Source of the DNA: a virus | Taxonomy: Duplodnaviria > Caudoviricetes | Strand: one strand, 5' to 3' | DNA length: 37,102 nt | IMG/VR virus record: IMGVR_UViG_3300036546_000129 | Coordinates: 1 to 37,102 of that record | Shown: piece by piece, positions 10,176 through 20,806 of the stretch | Layout: each line of letters opens with the position of its first letter | Position numbering within the stretch: position 1 is the first letter of the stretch | Notes under the pieces: model-generated | Seen by the model: only the letters and a program-made list of their open reading frames with translations | Told to the model about the DNA's origin: nothing | Databases searched by the model: none | Made by a program: the position numbers and the translations under genes

Positions 10176-13100
10176 TCAAATAGACCGTGAAAGATCAACA
10201 GGTGGTTTAACCCCTCCTATCTCCACGGGTCTAGCGCCCCTCTGAACATCCGGACTAGGAACATTTCCTTTACCGGCATCGGTTGAGCGCGTGTTCACTT
10301 CTATGGTACCCAATTTACCGTCAATGGATTTCAGGGTTCCATCCATGGACATCTGTACCTGAAGTTGTTTTTCCATTGCCTTCAGCATTACACTCATTGA
10401 GCGCTCAGACATCTCCTGGGTGAATTGTGTCTGTACCTCCGTTTCTTTTGCAGACCTTTCGGCCCTATCCCGAACATTCACCATCTCCTTATCGGTCCTT
10501 GTTAAACCGGACGAGTCGGTTATGTCAGGTTGTGAAACAGATCTAACCGACATTGCCTCACCCACACTGGTTCCCCGATACCGTGCTTTTCTGGTGGCCA
10601 GTTCTTCAAATATATCAGCAGAACGTTTATCACGGAAACGTCTGCCGTGGGCGTAGTAACTACCGTCAGGCTGAGGCCCTTCCTTGATTTCAGCCTCGAC
10701 TTTAGCGACCTCTGGAGTTTTACCCTCATTTGAAACGTCTGTCTCGGTTCCGGCAACAACTTCTTCTTTAACTGCGTCGGTGGCCTCCGGTGCTTGTACA
10801 GGGGTTTCAGCACCAACTGTTGGGTCCGAGGCGGTTTGGTTTTCATTAGCTGCAGCAATGGCCTGTTCTATCAGATTACCCGATTTTACCTTAGGTAAAT
10901 ACATACTGTACTTAGATTTACGATCCTGTAAACCGTTTGTACCGCCATTGATCAACTTCGTGGAACGCAATACGTCCCCTTCCTGGGCAGCGCTCCTTAG
11001 TCCTCTGCGGTTTTTCCACCACCACAAAGAAACTTTGGCTGCGTATTTTGGATCGGCCACCAAATCAGGATTACTGATAAAGTCAATCCCTAACGCTTTT
11101 GAGGCAGCTTCGTAGTTGGCGCGACCGGTCAAGTGAATGAACCCACGTCCCCTGAACTTCCACCCGTCACCCGGCTGCGTGTTACCCAAGTCACTGCGGT
11201 TTCCGTACACCCGATTAGCAATGGCTTCAGGTTTACCCGCAAACTGCTCTGCCTCCCCTGAGCGTTGGAAATATCGACCAAACACCCTTTTGAGGTTACT
11301 GGCCGAATACCGAAGGTTCTCTTCTAACCGCGTGAAGTTAGCCGACTCGTGCCCCAGCTGTGCTAAGACCATCGCCTGCTCTTCAGGGTCAGTAATCCCT
11401 TCCTTCACCAACGCTGCCGCAACCTTCGCCTCACCTTCCGTTTTAGGGATTGTCCTTTGTGGAGGAGCTGAGCCCGAAGCGCCCTGCAACTCAGGGGGTA
11501 ACGAGTCTTTATTCTCAAACTGGTTATTAACCGTTTTGAGGTCCTCGTTCGCATTAACGGTATCCCCTTTACTTAACCCTGGTGGTGGGGCTGGTGTCTT
11601 AGACGTTGTGGATGTAGCATTCTCTTCCAAGACTTTAGATGCATTGGGTGACTCGCTAGCTTTATCCCGTGTAAGGGGTATTTTGATTTCCTTATCAGTT
11701 GCTTTCAACTCCAACGACTTGTACTCGGCTTCGTATCCAACCGCTACGCTCACTACGTAATCAGGCCAGGGTGAAAACGTCCGACCCATTTGATTGGAGA
11801 TATTAGACAAGTCCGAAGCCACCAACCCTTTAGCCAATAGGAACTTCTCTTTATGACTAAACCGGTCTCGTGCATCGTAGATCGTTGACCGTTCCTTGGT
11901 CAAATTGATTACGGTAGCAAAGTCCAGGAAGATTGGTAAGAAGCGCTGTTTAAACCATTTTTCCCACTCCTCTTTGTGTCTAGTTCGAGCTTCCATTTTC
12001 AAGCCACTGGCGAATAGAGGACCCACTTCCTTGTACGCTTTAGAAGCCCCTTCATCGTAGACTACACGGAAACCATCCAGCACGGAGGTTTTGTCATACA
12101 CCCACTCCTCTAGACCCACCAACGCTTCAACCCTTTTGGGGTCAAGTTCGCGTAAACCGTACATTTTAAAACGCATGGCATCGACTTCGTCGTAACGTAT
12201 TTCTCGACGACGAAGAATGTTGGGGTCAATTTCAGAGCGAGTACGTACCTCGTCACTCGGTGTTGTAGACCCTTCTTTATCGGCACCCTTGACAACTTTA
12301 GGTTGATCCACATTAAGGTCTGACTCTGTTTCGGCGTAATCGTACTTCTTATAGATCTCCTTAACAGCTTCTTCCTTAGTGATTCCCTCCCGTGTAGCCA
12401 TCTTAGCAGCTTTGGTCTCAACTCGTTGACGATCTTTAGAAATTTTCAGTAAAGCATCCGAGTAACGCTCTTCGATGTATTCGGAGTCAACATCAATTTC
12501 GGTTTCATCCCCGAAAGGGCTGAACCGTTCGTCGAACACGTCAGCGAATTCTGACATCTTGACCGCTTTAAGGTAGTTGAGTTTGATGTGGGGGGATAGA
12601 CGATCATCCACGTCCAACAAGTCAACATCAGGTGCTTCTAGTCCCTTAAGTGCCATCACGTGAGTGGCCAGCACTGGTTTAAACCGTTTGTCGAACCACG
12701 CTGAGAACTTCATCACCGATTCACGGTTCTTGGTATCAAGTCCGAAGTTTTCAAGAATGGTGGGGATGTCAGCCTCCCGTATATCCAGGTGCGCTTCCCG
12801 CCCATCACCTTTCACTTTGTCCTGAAGTTGACTTTCTAACCACAAGACCTGCTTAGCTTGGTCCTCATTGGTGTACTCGATACCGTACTGGGCTAACCTC
12901 AAACGGGTGATGTGACCGACTTTGGAACTCTTATACTTCTTCCAAAGCCACCAACCACCAACACCAACAGCCGCTACCGCCGCTGCACCCAATACAACCG
13001 GCGCAGTTAATACAGCACCAGCCCCTGCTAATACGGCACCGCCCACTTTAGCGGCCCCAGCTGCGATGGCTGTTTTAAGGCCACCTAACGCAAACATCCC

Positions 13101-16100
13101 TTTTAGCCCCATAGCACCACGCGCTAACCAACCACCAGCTTTGGCAATCCTACCGGCGCCGGGTATTTTACTCCCCACTGACTTCAGCCAACCACCGACT
13201 TTACTACCACCACGTTTAGTGAGGTCCCACGCACGTCGCAAAAATCCACCCTTCCCTTTGGTTTTAGGACCTTTTCTTGGTTTGTCGCGTCCTGGTAAAT
13301 CCATTCCACCTAACGCATCCCCTGTAAGTTTTGCTCCGACACGAAGTTTAAAGAAGTCTAGAAGTGAACTGATCTTAGTACCGATAAACCCAGCGACCCC
13401 CATTAGGAGCCCCCCTAATTTACCCCACCAACTATCTTCCTTCTCTTCTTTCTCTTTCTTGACTTTAGGATCTTGTTCTTCCTCCTTCGCTTTTCGCTTC
13501 TGGAAGATGTCCTGCCAACTACCATCCCTGTCGCCGTCACCGTCCGAGTCGTGTAAACCTTTTGGTTTAAACTGATCCATTAAGACGTCACGGATGTCTT
13601 TTAAGACGTTAAGTTGGTCTTTGTTAACAGAGAGTAGTTCATCATCACGCTCACCTTTAAAACCTCCTAGCCCCAATTTGTCCAGGAAACCTAACAGGAG
13701 GTCCTTACCGCCATTAAAGACGCCACTGAGCGCGTCTTTCCCTAAATTGAATCCTTTCTTGGCAAGGTCAAACGGTTTCTTAAGGAGCCCCCCTATCTTG
13801 CCCATGATCGACTTCAAAGGTTTACCGTTGATGTCAACCAACCCTTTTTCAAAATCTTCAAGGGAGAGTTTGACGTTACCCTCAAGGTCAAGTATAGGTC
13901 CGTCAATTTCCTTCCAGCTGTAAATACGTTTCTGTGTAGTCTTTGAAACGTACCCACCTGCTTTCAAGACTCGTGCCAGCAACTTAGGGGTTTCCATGTC
14001 ATCGGGCGTATAGATATCCTTTTCTTGTTTAAGGAAGGCAACACCTTTATCCCACGCACCTTTAACCAGGTTTTTAGCAAACGAGAGTGGCTTGAGTCCC
14101 ATTCCCACTAAACTCTGTAACCCTTTAAAAGCTCGGGTGATTAAACCACCCTTCTGGTTAACGAGTCCTTCCTTAAACTCTTCCGCTGTTAGAACAATGT
14201 TTCCGTACTTGTCTTTAACAGCACCTTTGATGTCTTTCCAGTGGGCGATGAGCTTCCCGGTTTCAGCATCGAAGTATTCGCCCTCCTTCATTTTGTTCCA
14301 ATACAGGATTACACGGTCGGTCCCTTTGACTTTTAGATCTGACCTGAACTTATTCCATTTGTCCTTAACAAACCCAAACGTACCGCCCACAACTTTTTTG
14401 GCACCACGGTACGCGCCACCACCCCAACGTCCCATGCGTTTCAGATGGTTCTTGTTGAAGTCGTAGAAGCCTCGACCCATCTTCCCTAAACGTCCTTTGG
14501 CGCGTTTGAAGAACCCTTCTTTCTTAGGACCGGTCCCACCTGAGCCTTCGCCACCACCTTGTGACTGAAGTACTTGATAAATGTTATCTAAAAGTTCTAC
14601 GCTGTCAGCACTGAACTCCGTCTGTGCTTTAAGTGTTTCAATTAAAACCCCATTACCCTCTTCGTATGCGTCGATCAGGTCATCGATAGCACTCTGACGC
14701 ACCTCCTCTATTCGCGCTTCCTTGGCGGGTTGAGTGTCCGCAGCAGTAACAGGGGTAGGCCGAATATGATCAAACCCACCTCCGCGACCGACAATGCCAA
14801 CAGGAGTAAAAGGACCAGTCCGAGGAGCTTCAACTCCCTGACGAGTTCCTTCATTATACTGCTCTCCTTTGAGATAGGACCTGACTTTGTCCTGATTAAC
14901 TCTGTAGGTACCATTCTCCTCTTCATCAACCAAACCAAGTTCTAAGAGTTGATCAATGTTGCCTAAATCACTATACGCTTTAATACCTTCTTCCGATTTA
15001 GGGATATAACTCTGTATCCGTTTGAACCGGTTAAAGGTCTGATTACGTTTTTGTGTACTTTCAACCGTGTCGTTAAACCCGCGCTCTCGATCATTATAAC
15101 CAAGGGAAGACTTCATCCTGGCTATGATCGCTTTAGCGTCTTTCTCGGACACTCCTCTTGCGGTATAGGTTTTGGTGTCCAGGTAGCGTGTGTAACTACT
15201 GTCGAAACGCCCTTCCCGCGCCTCGTCCATCATCAGTTCGGTTAACGCATTGCGCTGATTCTCATCCATCTTCCCTTTGGGGTCAATTTTAGACAGGAAG
15301 TCTTTGTTGGCCTCATCCAGACCCTTACGGTCCTCTTTAGAGAAAAGTCGGTTCAGCATATCCTTTGCTGATTTGGACATATCCGTGAATTGACCACGGT
15401 CCACGTTGTAGACCATACGCTCAACGTTAGGGTCGCCTGTCCTCAGGATCATCAACTCGTGATGGATACGGGATAAGTAACCGGGTATAATGTCCGTAAT
15501 AGATTTACGGGTCATTTCGTTGAATGTGGCGGGCTCCATGGATTTATCAAAGCCTGCGTCAAAGGTATCGTCATTGGGCTTATTGGGAGCCGCACCAAAA
15601 ATAATATCTTTAGCGAAACGTTTCAGTCCCCCAAAACGACCTTCCGCATCCGTCTTCCCAGCGTCAACGTCTTCCTGTGTCAACACCACCTTACCTGAAC
15701 TGTCGACAACCGGCCCGCTTACGTCTTCAGGTCTTCGAATTTCCCTACCCGTTTCAGCATCGAAATACTCCCCCTTCTTAAACGCGCCAGATTCGTGGTC
15801 CATCTGCATATTGCGAAGGGCATAGGGGATACTGTTCGCTGCTAAAGCACTTTTATGTCCCCATTTAAGAACGTCAGGGTTCTCTTCAAGAACGGGTCGC
15901 AAACGTTTGATCAGTGACCCTACAATCTTGTCAGATACCGTACCCCCCAATTGCTGACCGGCCATTTCCCAGGGATCGATCTTAACATCCATATCCGATG
16001 TCATTTCGACCTGATCGGCAACTGTCATTAAGCTTTCGTTTATACTCCCCATAGTGTCTCTGAACTTACCGATAATGTTTTTACCGTAGTTCTTAAGATA

Positions 16101-16961
16101 GTCATTGGTGAAGTCGGAAGCACGACCTAAAAAGCGTTCACGAAAAACCTGTCCTGCTTGTTCACCCAACTTGATCTTTTCAGATTCGGGCAGTGCAGTG
16201 TTCTTTACAATGCTCTTTAAAAGGGCTGATGCTTCTTTACTGCTGGCTTTCGATAACTCGAAGAGGTCATGTGTGGTGTAATACTGACGGAACTGAAGTT
16301 CCAACGACTTCTTCTGATACTTGGCTGTGACCTGGTCTTGGTAACTGGTTAAACTACCAATACCTGCAGAGATATCCTTTAACGCCTCCAGTTCGGTTTG
16401 GAACTGATGGTCCTGTACCCTCTCACGGAAAAGGCGTTGAACGGTCTCTTCTTGGCGGTCTTCGTGGTCTTTGGTGATCTGGGTTTTAAAGATATCACCT
16501 AACTCTGTAGCTAGACCTTGTTCACGTACCTCTTGGGCGGAGGGTCCTCTGACATCATCGTCTTTGGCCCAGTCGTCTAGCTTCTCCCCCAACTTACCCG
16601 GTAACGCGTTTTTCAAACGCGGTGACACTTTACGCGTTAACCGTTTAAGTTGTATGGCAACAGGGCGCAGTTCTTCGGCGGCCGTATTGTATAGATCACG
16701 ACCAAAATCCGCTGCACTATCGACCGCTTCAAAGGCTGAAGAGTATTCTTCAGGCAGTGCTTCCTGCGCACGACGACGCATTTTGTCCGTGTCAATGAGG
16801 TCGTCTTTAACACCTTCCAGAAATGAACTGGCTACTTTGGAAACAGGTTTACGATCGTCTTTGGGTTCGTCGATACTAAAGTCGTCGTCCCCAAACCCAA
16901 AATCCAGATCGTCTAAGCCGTCATCAAAGTCCAACTCATTCTTTTTGTCTTTCTTTGCCAT
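10176..16961 (-). CDS. Large tail protein (tape-measure-like, phiKZ gp181-like) with C-terminal GH19 peptidoglycan hydrolase domain
   Basis: 2261 aa, AGGAG RBS. Gly/Ala-rich hydrophobic segment. GH19 motifs LAQLGHES..F..LEENL.YS, GDGWKFRGRGFIHLTGRANY and TKLINGGTNGL.DR at ~10895-11420. Divergent from the vRNAP beta' gene, as I recall for phiKZ. Confidence 0.88.
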   Translation of the reverse strand: MAKKDKKNELDFDDGLDDLDFGFGDDDFSIDEPKDDRKPVSKVASSFLEGVKDDLIDTDKMRRRAQEALPEEYSSAFEAVDSAADFGRDLYNTAAEELRPVAIQLKRLTRKVSPRLKNALPGKLGEKLDDWAKDDDVRGPSAQEVREQGLATELGDIFKTQITKDHEDRQEETVQRLFRERVQDHQFQTELEALKDISAGIGSLTSYQDQVTAKYQKKSLELQFRQYYTTHDLFELSKASSKEASALLKSIVKNTALPESEKIKLGEQAGQVFRERFLGRASDFTNDYLKNYGKNIIGKFRDTMGSINESLMTVADQVEMTSDMDVKIDPWEMAGQQLGGTVSDKIVGSLIKRLRPVLEENPDVLKWGHKSALAANSIPYALRNMQMDHESGAFKKGEYFDAETGREIRRPEDVSGPVVDSSGKVVLTQEDVDAGKTDAEGRFGGLKRFAKDIIFGAAPNKPNDDTFDAGFDKSMEPATFNEMTRKSITDIIPGYLSRIHHELMILRTGDPNVERMVYNVDRGQFTDMSKSAKDMLNRLFSKEDRKGLDEANKDFLSKIDPKGKMDENQRNALTELMMDEAREGRFDSSYTRYLDTKTYTARGVSEKDAKAIIARMKSSLGYNDRERGFNDTVESTQKRNQTFNRFKRIQSYIPKSEEGIKAYSDLGNIDQLLELGLVDEEENGTYRVNQDKVRSYLKGEQYNEGTRQGVEAPRTGPFTPVGIVGRGGGFDHIRPTPVTAADTQPAKEARIEEVRQSAIDDLIDAYEEGNGVLIETLKAQTEFSADSVELLDNIYQVLQSQGGGEGSGGTGPKKEGFFKRAKGRLGKMGRGFYDFNKNHLKRMGRWGGGAYRGAKKVVGGTFGFVKDKWNKFRSDLKVKGTDRVILYWNKMKEGEYFDAETGKLIAHWKDIKGAVKDKYGNIVLTAEEFKEGLVNQKGGLITRAFKGLQSLVGMGLKPLSFAKNLVKGAWDKGVAFLKQEKDIYTPDDMETPKLLARVLKAGGYVSKTTQKRIYSWKEIDGPILDLEGNVKLSLEDFEKGLVDINGKPLKSIMGKIGGLLKKPFDLAKKGFNLGKDALSGVFNGGKDLLLGFLDKLGLGGFKGERDDELLSVNKDQLNVLKDIRDVLMDQFKPKGLHDSDGDGDRDGSWQDIFQKRKAKEEEQDPKVKKEKEEKEDSWWGKLGGLLMGVAGFIGTKISSLLDFFKLRVGAKLTGDALGGMDLPGRDKPRKGPKTKGKGGFLRRAWDLTKRGGSKVGGWLKSVGSKIPGAGRIAKAGGWLARGAMGLKGMFALGGLKTAIAAGAAKVGGAVLAGAGAVLTAPVVLGAAAVAAVGVGGWWLWKKYKSSKVGHITRLRLAQYGIEYTNEDQAKQVLWLESQLQDKVKGDGREAHLDIREADIPTILENFGLDTKNRESVMKFSAWFDKRFKPVLATHVMALKGLEAPDVDLLDVDDRLSPHIKLNYLKAVKMSEFADVFDERFSPFGDETEIDVDSEYIEERYSDALLKISKDRQRVETKAAKMATREGITKEEAVKEIYKKYDYAETESDLNVDQPKVVKGADKEGSTTPSDEVRTRSEIDPNILRRREIRYDEVDAMRFKMYGLRELDPKRVEALVGLEEWVYDKTSVLDGFRVVYDEGASKAYKEVGPLFASGLKMEARTRHKEEWEKWFKQRFLPIFLDFATVINLTKERSTIYDARDRFSHKEKFLLAKGLVASDLSNISNQMGRTFSPWPDYVVSVAVGYEAEYKSLELKATDKEIKIPLTRDKASESPNASKVLEENATSTTSKTPAPPPGLSKGDTVNANEDLKTVNNQFENKDSLPPELQGASGSAPPQRTIPKTEGEAKVAAALVKEGITDPEEQAMVLAQLGHESANFTRLEENLRYSASNLKRVFGRYFQRSGEAEQFAGKPEAIANRVYGNRSDLGNTQPGDGWKFRGRGFIHLTGRANYEAASKALGIDFISNPDLVADPKYAAKVSLWWWKNRRGLRSAAQEGDVLRSTKLINGGTNGLQDRKSKYSMYLPKVKSGNLIEQAIAAANENQTASDPTVGAETPVQAPEATDAVKEEVVAGTETDVSNEGKTPEVAKVEAEIKEGPQPDGSYYAHGRRFRDKRSADIFEELATRKARYRGTSVGEAMSVRSVSQPDITDSSGLTRTDKEMVNVRDRAERSAKETEVQTQFTQEMSERSMSVMLKAMEKQLQVQMSMDGTLKSIDGKLGTIEVNTRSTDAGKGNVPSPDVQRGARPVEIGGVKPPVDLSRSI

Positions 16962-17051
16962 GACGATTTTACTCCTGGCAGAAAAAATAAATGTCGCTGT
17001 AAAATACTCGCACTATTTACAGTAGCTCTCATACTAATCGGGAGACTGACC

Positions 17052-18512
17052 TTGAAAATAAACAAAATTCCTTTCAACGTTCAACTGCTTGATACAAGCG
17101 CTCAACGCTTACGAGGACTGAGACCGACTACAAGTGGTGACATTATGGATGTCACTGGAGGAAACTTCCACGAGGATGGTTTGTTCTCCACGTTAACATT
17201 CGGTCGCGTTGGTGAAGAGGCGCGAGAACAGAAGTTTTCGTTCATCGATATCAAAACCCCTATCTTTCACCCCGTTGTGTTTAAAACGTTAACGCGTTTA
17301 AAAGGACTGTACCGTGACATCCTGTTAGGTAAGGCTTACGCCATTTGGGACCCTAAAGATAAAGACTTTCACCCGGCGAACGAGTTGACTGGTGAAACGG
17401 GTTACGCCTTTTTTATGTCCCATTGGAAAGATATCAAATTTAAGGAAACCAGCAGCGCCATTCGTGCTGAGCGTGTCAAGTTGATACAGAAGTATCAGGA
17501 CATCGCCACCACCAGTAAAATAATGGTGCTGCCAGCGGGACTGCGCGATTACGAGATTGACTCCAGTGGTCGAGGCACGCAGGACGAGATCAACGACTAT
17601 TATCGTAAGTTGTTAAACATCTCACGGGTTATTGCGGAAACAGATGACAGTAAAAACTCCCCTATCTTGGATAATACCCGACGGTTACTCCAAGAGCGCT
17701 TTAATGAGATTTATGAAATCCTGAAGAAGATGATCACTGGGAAAAAGGGTTTCATTCAAAGTAAATTCGGGGGACGTAAAATATTCAACGGTACTCGAAA
17801 CGTTATCACGGCGATGGATACCTCCACTAACGTGTTAGGGAGTCCTCGTGCACCCCGGTTCAACAACTCCTTGATCGGTTTATACCAGACCATTAAAGGG
17901 TGTTTACCCGTTGCCATCTACCAACTGCGTTCGAGCTTTATCAATGGAGCGTTTGGTAGTGGGGGGAGTGACACGGGTGCTTATCTGATAAATCCTAAAA
18001 CACTCAAACGGGAATACGTTGAACTGCCGATGGATGTTCGTGACAAGTGGGCGACTATCGACGGACTAGAGAAAGTCATCAATAACTTTGAAAACGTTGA
18101 CACTCGTCTTAAGCCGGTGACGGTGGGTGGTCATTATTTGGCACTGATCTATAAAGGTCCTGATAAAACCTTTAAAGTCTTTTATGACATTGCCGACCTA
18201 CCCGAAGGGTTTGATCCCAAATTTGTAGAACCCATCAATTATACCGAACTTCTATACCTCTCTGGGTATCGCCGTTGGAATACCCTTAAAGTGGTAATCA
18301 CCCGATACCCCATCAGTGATATTGGGAGTACGTACACGTCTGACGTGTATTGTAAAACTACGATAGACAGTGAAGAGCGCATGGAGTTGGGCGATGATTG
18401 GGAACCTATGGGTGGGGACCACATTGCTTTGGAATTTCCTAAGACCGGTAGTGACGAATTCTTCGATGCCCTTTCGGTATCCAGTTCACGTCTATCTGGT
18501 CTTGGGGCTGAT
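17052..18512 (+). CDS. rpoC: Virion RNA polymerase beta'-like subunit (phiKZ gp180-like), exon 1
   Basis: beta' motifs EDGLFS..FG, LPAGLRD, GKKGFIQ..FGGRK...GTRNVIT and TRYP. The frame reaches ...LSGLGAD and then departs from the catalytic motif. Confidence 0.9.
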
Positions 18513-20806
18513 AGTTCTATGATTTAATTGGTAAAAAAATATATAACAAAGTTTACCTATGTTATGGTAGTTCTCCAAATTTAAAAACATAGGTACACGG
18601 TTATGTTTGAAAAGTATTTAAAAGTGTCGGGGTTTATCCCATTTCCCCTTTCCGGTAACAGTTGTTACTTAGATGAAAACGGAAAAATAAAAAATGAAAG
18701 AGGTCAGGTTGTACCCCAAACCCTGGACTCTGATGGATACCCTCAGGTTTTCGCCGACCTGTGGGATGGGGTGAGACAATACCGCATCGTCGATCTCATG
18801 GCGATCGTCTTTAAAAGTGTAAAACTCCAATATAACCAGTGGAATGAAATCGAAGGTTTCTACATAGACGGTGATGTCAAAAATAGCCATGCTAGCAATA
18901 TTGGTTATCGCTTTCGTACTTTCCCTTTACAGTGCACACGCTTCCCTGACTTCTACCACATTCCGATGTTTAGTCGATACGGCATAAATCGTGAAGGGGA
19001 ACTCATTTCACTGTCTAGTGGTAAATTAAGATCAGATTGGTGCGTCACGAAAGGTAACTCTAAGAGAAACATAAAAGGCGGTTATCTGTATAACGGCGCT
19101 ATCATCGATACGGGTGGAAGTACTACTGTACTTAGGCATCGTCTCCTGTGTCTGGCGTTCAAACCCTACCCTGACAACGTGGATAAGATGGATGTCAACC
19201 ACATTGATGGTGTCCCTGGTAATGATGATCTAGACAACCTCGAATGGGTCACTCGGAGCCGTAACAACACACACGCGTATCAGAACAACTTAAAGCAACA
19301 ACATAAACGTGTATTAGCTCGTAATGTTCGAACGGGTGAGGTTACTGAATTCTACAGTATCTCTGAGTGTGCTCGCTGTTTAGGGTATCCTACGGACGAA
19401 ACAATACGAGTGCGATTAAATTCGACCTTTTCTCAGGTTTGGAAAGACGGTTACCAATTCAAGTTTTTGGATGATGCTCGAGATTGGGTAATCCCTGACG
19501 ATCCTGAAGAAGCGATACTCGACGCCACCCAAGCTATGGGTGTTCGTGTGCGAAATTGTCGCACACTTGAAGAGTGTTCTTACGACTCTATAGGGAGGGC
19601 TGGTGCTGTTTTGGGAATTGGTCACTCCACTATCCTTTATCGTTTAAAAAACGGTCTCACAGGTCCTCATAGGGGCTTTCAGTTTAAATACTGGGACGAC
19701 CTTTCAGATTGGGAACCGTTTACCTTAGAAGAACTCGAAGACACTGGGAGTGTTGCAAAGTCTGTAGAGGGTCGAAATCTGTTGACCAAAGCTACCTGTA
19801 GTTACCCTAGTGTTAAAAGTTGTTACTACGGTCAGAACAAACCTTACAATTTAATAGTAAACCTTCGTTCTGGAGAACAACGGGTTTACCCGGATGGTTG
19901 GCAATACAAATACGTTGATGACCAATGGATAGAGGTCGGCGACGTTCAGGAAGCCCTACTAGAGTCTAGCCGTAGGATTGTTGCGCGAGACGTATTAACA
20001 GGCGAAGTGTTTGCTGGTAAAGACTGTAAAGACATTAGTGAAAAACTAGAATTGCAAGCAAATGGAGTGCGGCGTGCAGTTCAGGAGTCCGGTAAGTCAG
20101 TTTACAACACTTATCAGTTTAAGTACGAGGGTGACCAAACCCCTTGGCCTGAGCTGCCTGAAGAAGACCTGGTTGCGCTAAGTAGTGGCGTAAACGTGAA
20201 AGGAACATACAAAGTCCTCACTGACATAAAGACTGGGGATAGGTTTTACTTCCCGAGTGTTTTAGATTGTGTCCGGTTTTTAAAAACAGTAAATTCTAAA
20301 CCCGTTTTCGAACGGCGAGTTAGGAGCGGCGAACTCCTAGACGGTAAATATAAATGCTCCACCTATACACTGGCGTCCCATCAACCTAGTGTGTAAAACG
20401 ATACTTTTCAATTACTCAATTAATTCATCGATGTCCCGTTAAAGGGTGACCTTTAACGTGTATCCCTCTAATTGCGGGAAACCCCTGAGAGCCTCTTAGT
20501 ACCCCTTACAGCCCGAAAGGGACTGTAATACTCCTGGCGTAATATTTCCAAGGAGCATGGTAAAAACCTAAGAGGATTGGGTAACCGACGCAGCGAAGTC
20601 CCTCTATGCTTAGGCAGTGGGATGAGTTCAACGACTAACCGGTAGCGCGGTGTAGGGGCCAAGTGGTCTCGAAATGGGGGACTTCTCACACACGTAGTGA
20701 TGAGAAGATGATATAGTCTCGACGTCCAGTGAAAGCTGGAGCAGCGCTGTAACACTGTGAAGCGTTACAGTGGCGGCTTGGATTAACGACCCAAGTGAAG
20801 GTTTCG
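18513..20806 (+). mobile_element. Group I intron 1 (HNH-encoding) in the vRNAP beta' catalytic motif
   Basis: The 5' exon ends in U (GAT) and the intron ends in G (20806). Core elements: AATTGCGGGAA (P4), AACCGACGCAGCGAAG (P4'/P6), TTCAACGACTA (P7) and GATATAGTC (P7'). Splicing restores GAD-FDGD. The P1 pairing is weaker than for introns 2 and 4. Confidence 0.92.
18603..20396 (+). CDS. Intron-encoded HNH homing endonuclease (597 aa) with tandem NUMOD1/IENR1-like repeats
   Basis: HRLLCLAF...VNHIDGVPGNDDLDNLEWVTRSRNNTHA (HNH_3 type). About five repeats of V..RN..TGE...F.S...A..LG...GYQFKY.DD...W. Confidence 0.9.
   Translation: MFEKYLKVSGFIPFPLSGNSCYLDENGKIKNERGQVVPQTLDSDGYPQVFADLWDGVRQYRIVDLMAIVFKSVKLQYNQWNEIEGFYIDGDVKNSHASNIGYRFRTFPLQCTRFPDFYHIPMFSRYGINREGELISLSSGKLRSDWCVTKGNSKRNIKGGYLYNGAIIDTGGSTTVLRHRLLCLAFKPYPDNVDKMDVNHIDGVPGNDDLDNLEWVTRSRNNTHAYQNNLKQQHKRVLARNVRTGEVTEFYSISECARCLGYPTDETIRVRLNSTFSQVWKDGYQFKFLDDARDWVIPDDPEEAILDATQAMGVRVRNCRTLEECSYDSIGRAGAVLGIGHSTILYRLKNGLTGPHRGFQFKYWDDLSDWEPFTLEELEDTGSVAKSVEGRNLLTKATCSYPSVKSCYYGQNKPYNLIVNLRSGEQRVYPDGWQYKYVDDQWIEVGDVQEALLESSRRIVARDVLTGEVFAGKDCKDISEKLELQANGVRRAVQESGKSVYNTYQFKYEGDQTPWPELPEEDLVALSSGVNVKGTYKVLTDIKTGDRFYFPSVLDCVRFLKTVNSKPVFERRVRSGELLDGKYKCSTYTLASHQPSV

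Noticed and set aside
10420-17025. Many plus-strand ORFs of 60-217 aa
   Set aside because: Antisense shadows of the 2261-aa tail gene.
20468-20755. 95-aa minus-strand ORF
   Set aside because: Antisense to the intron-1 ribozyme core, with no coding features.
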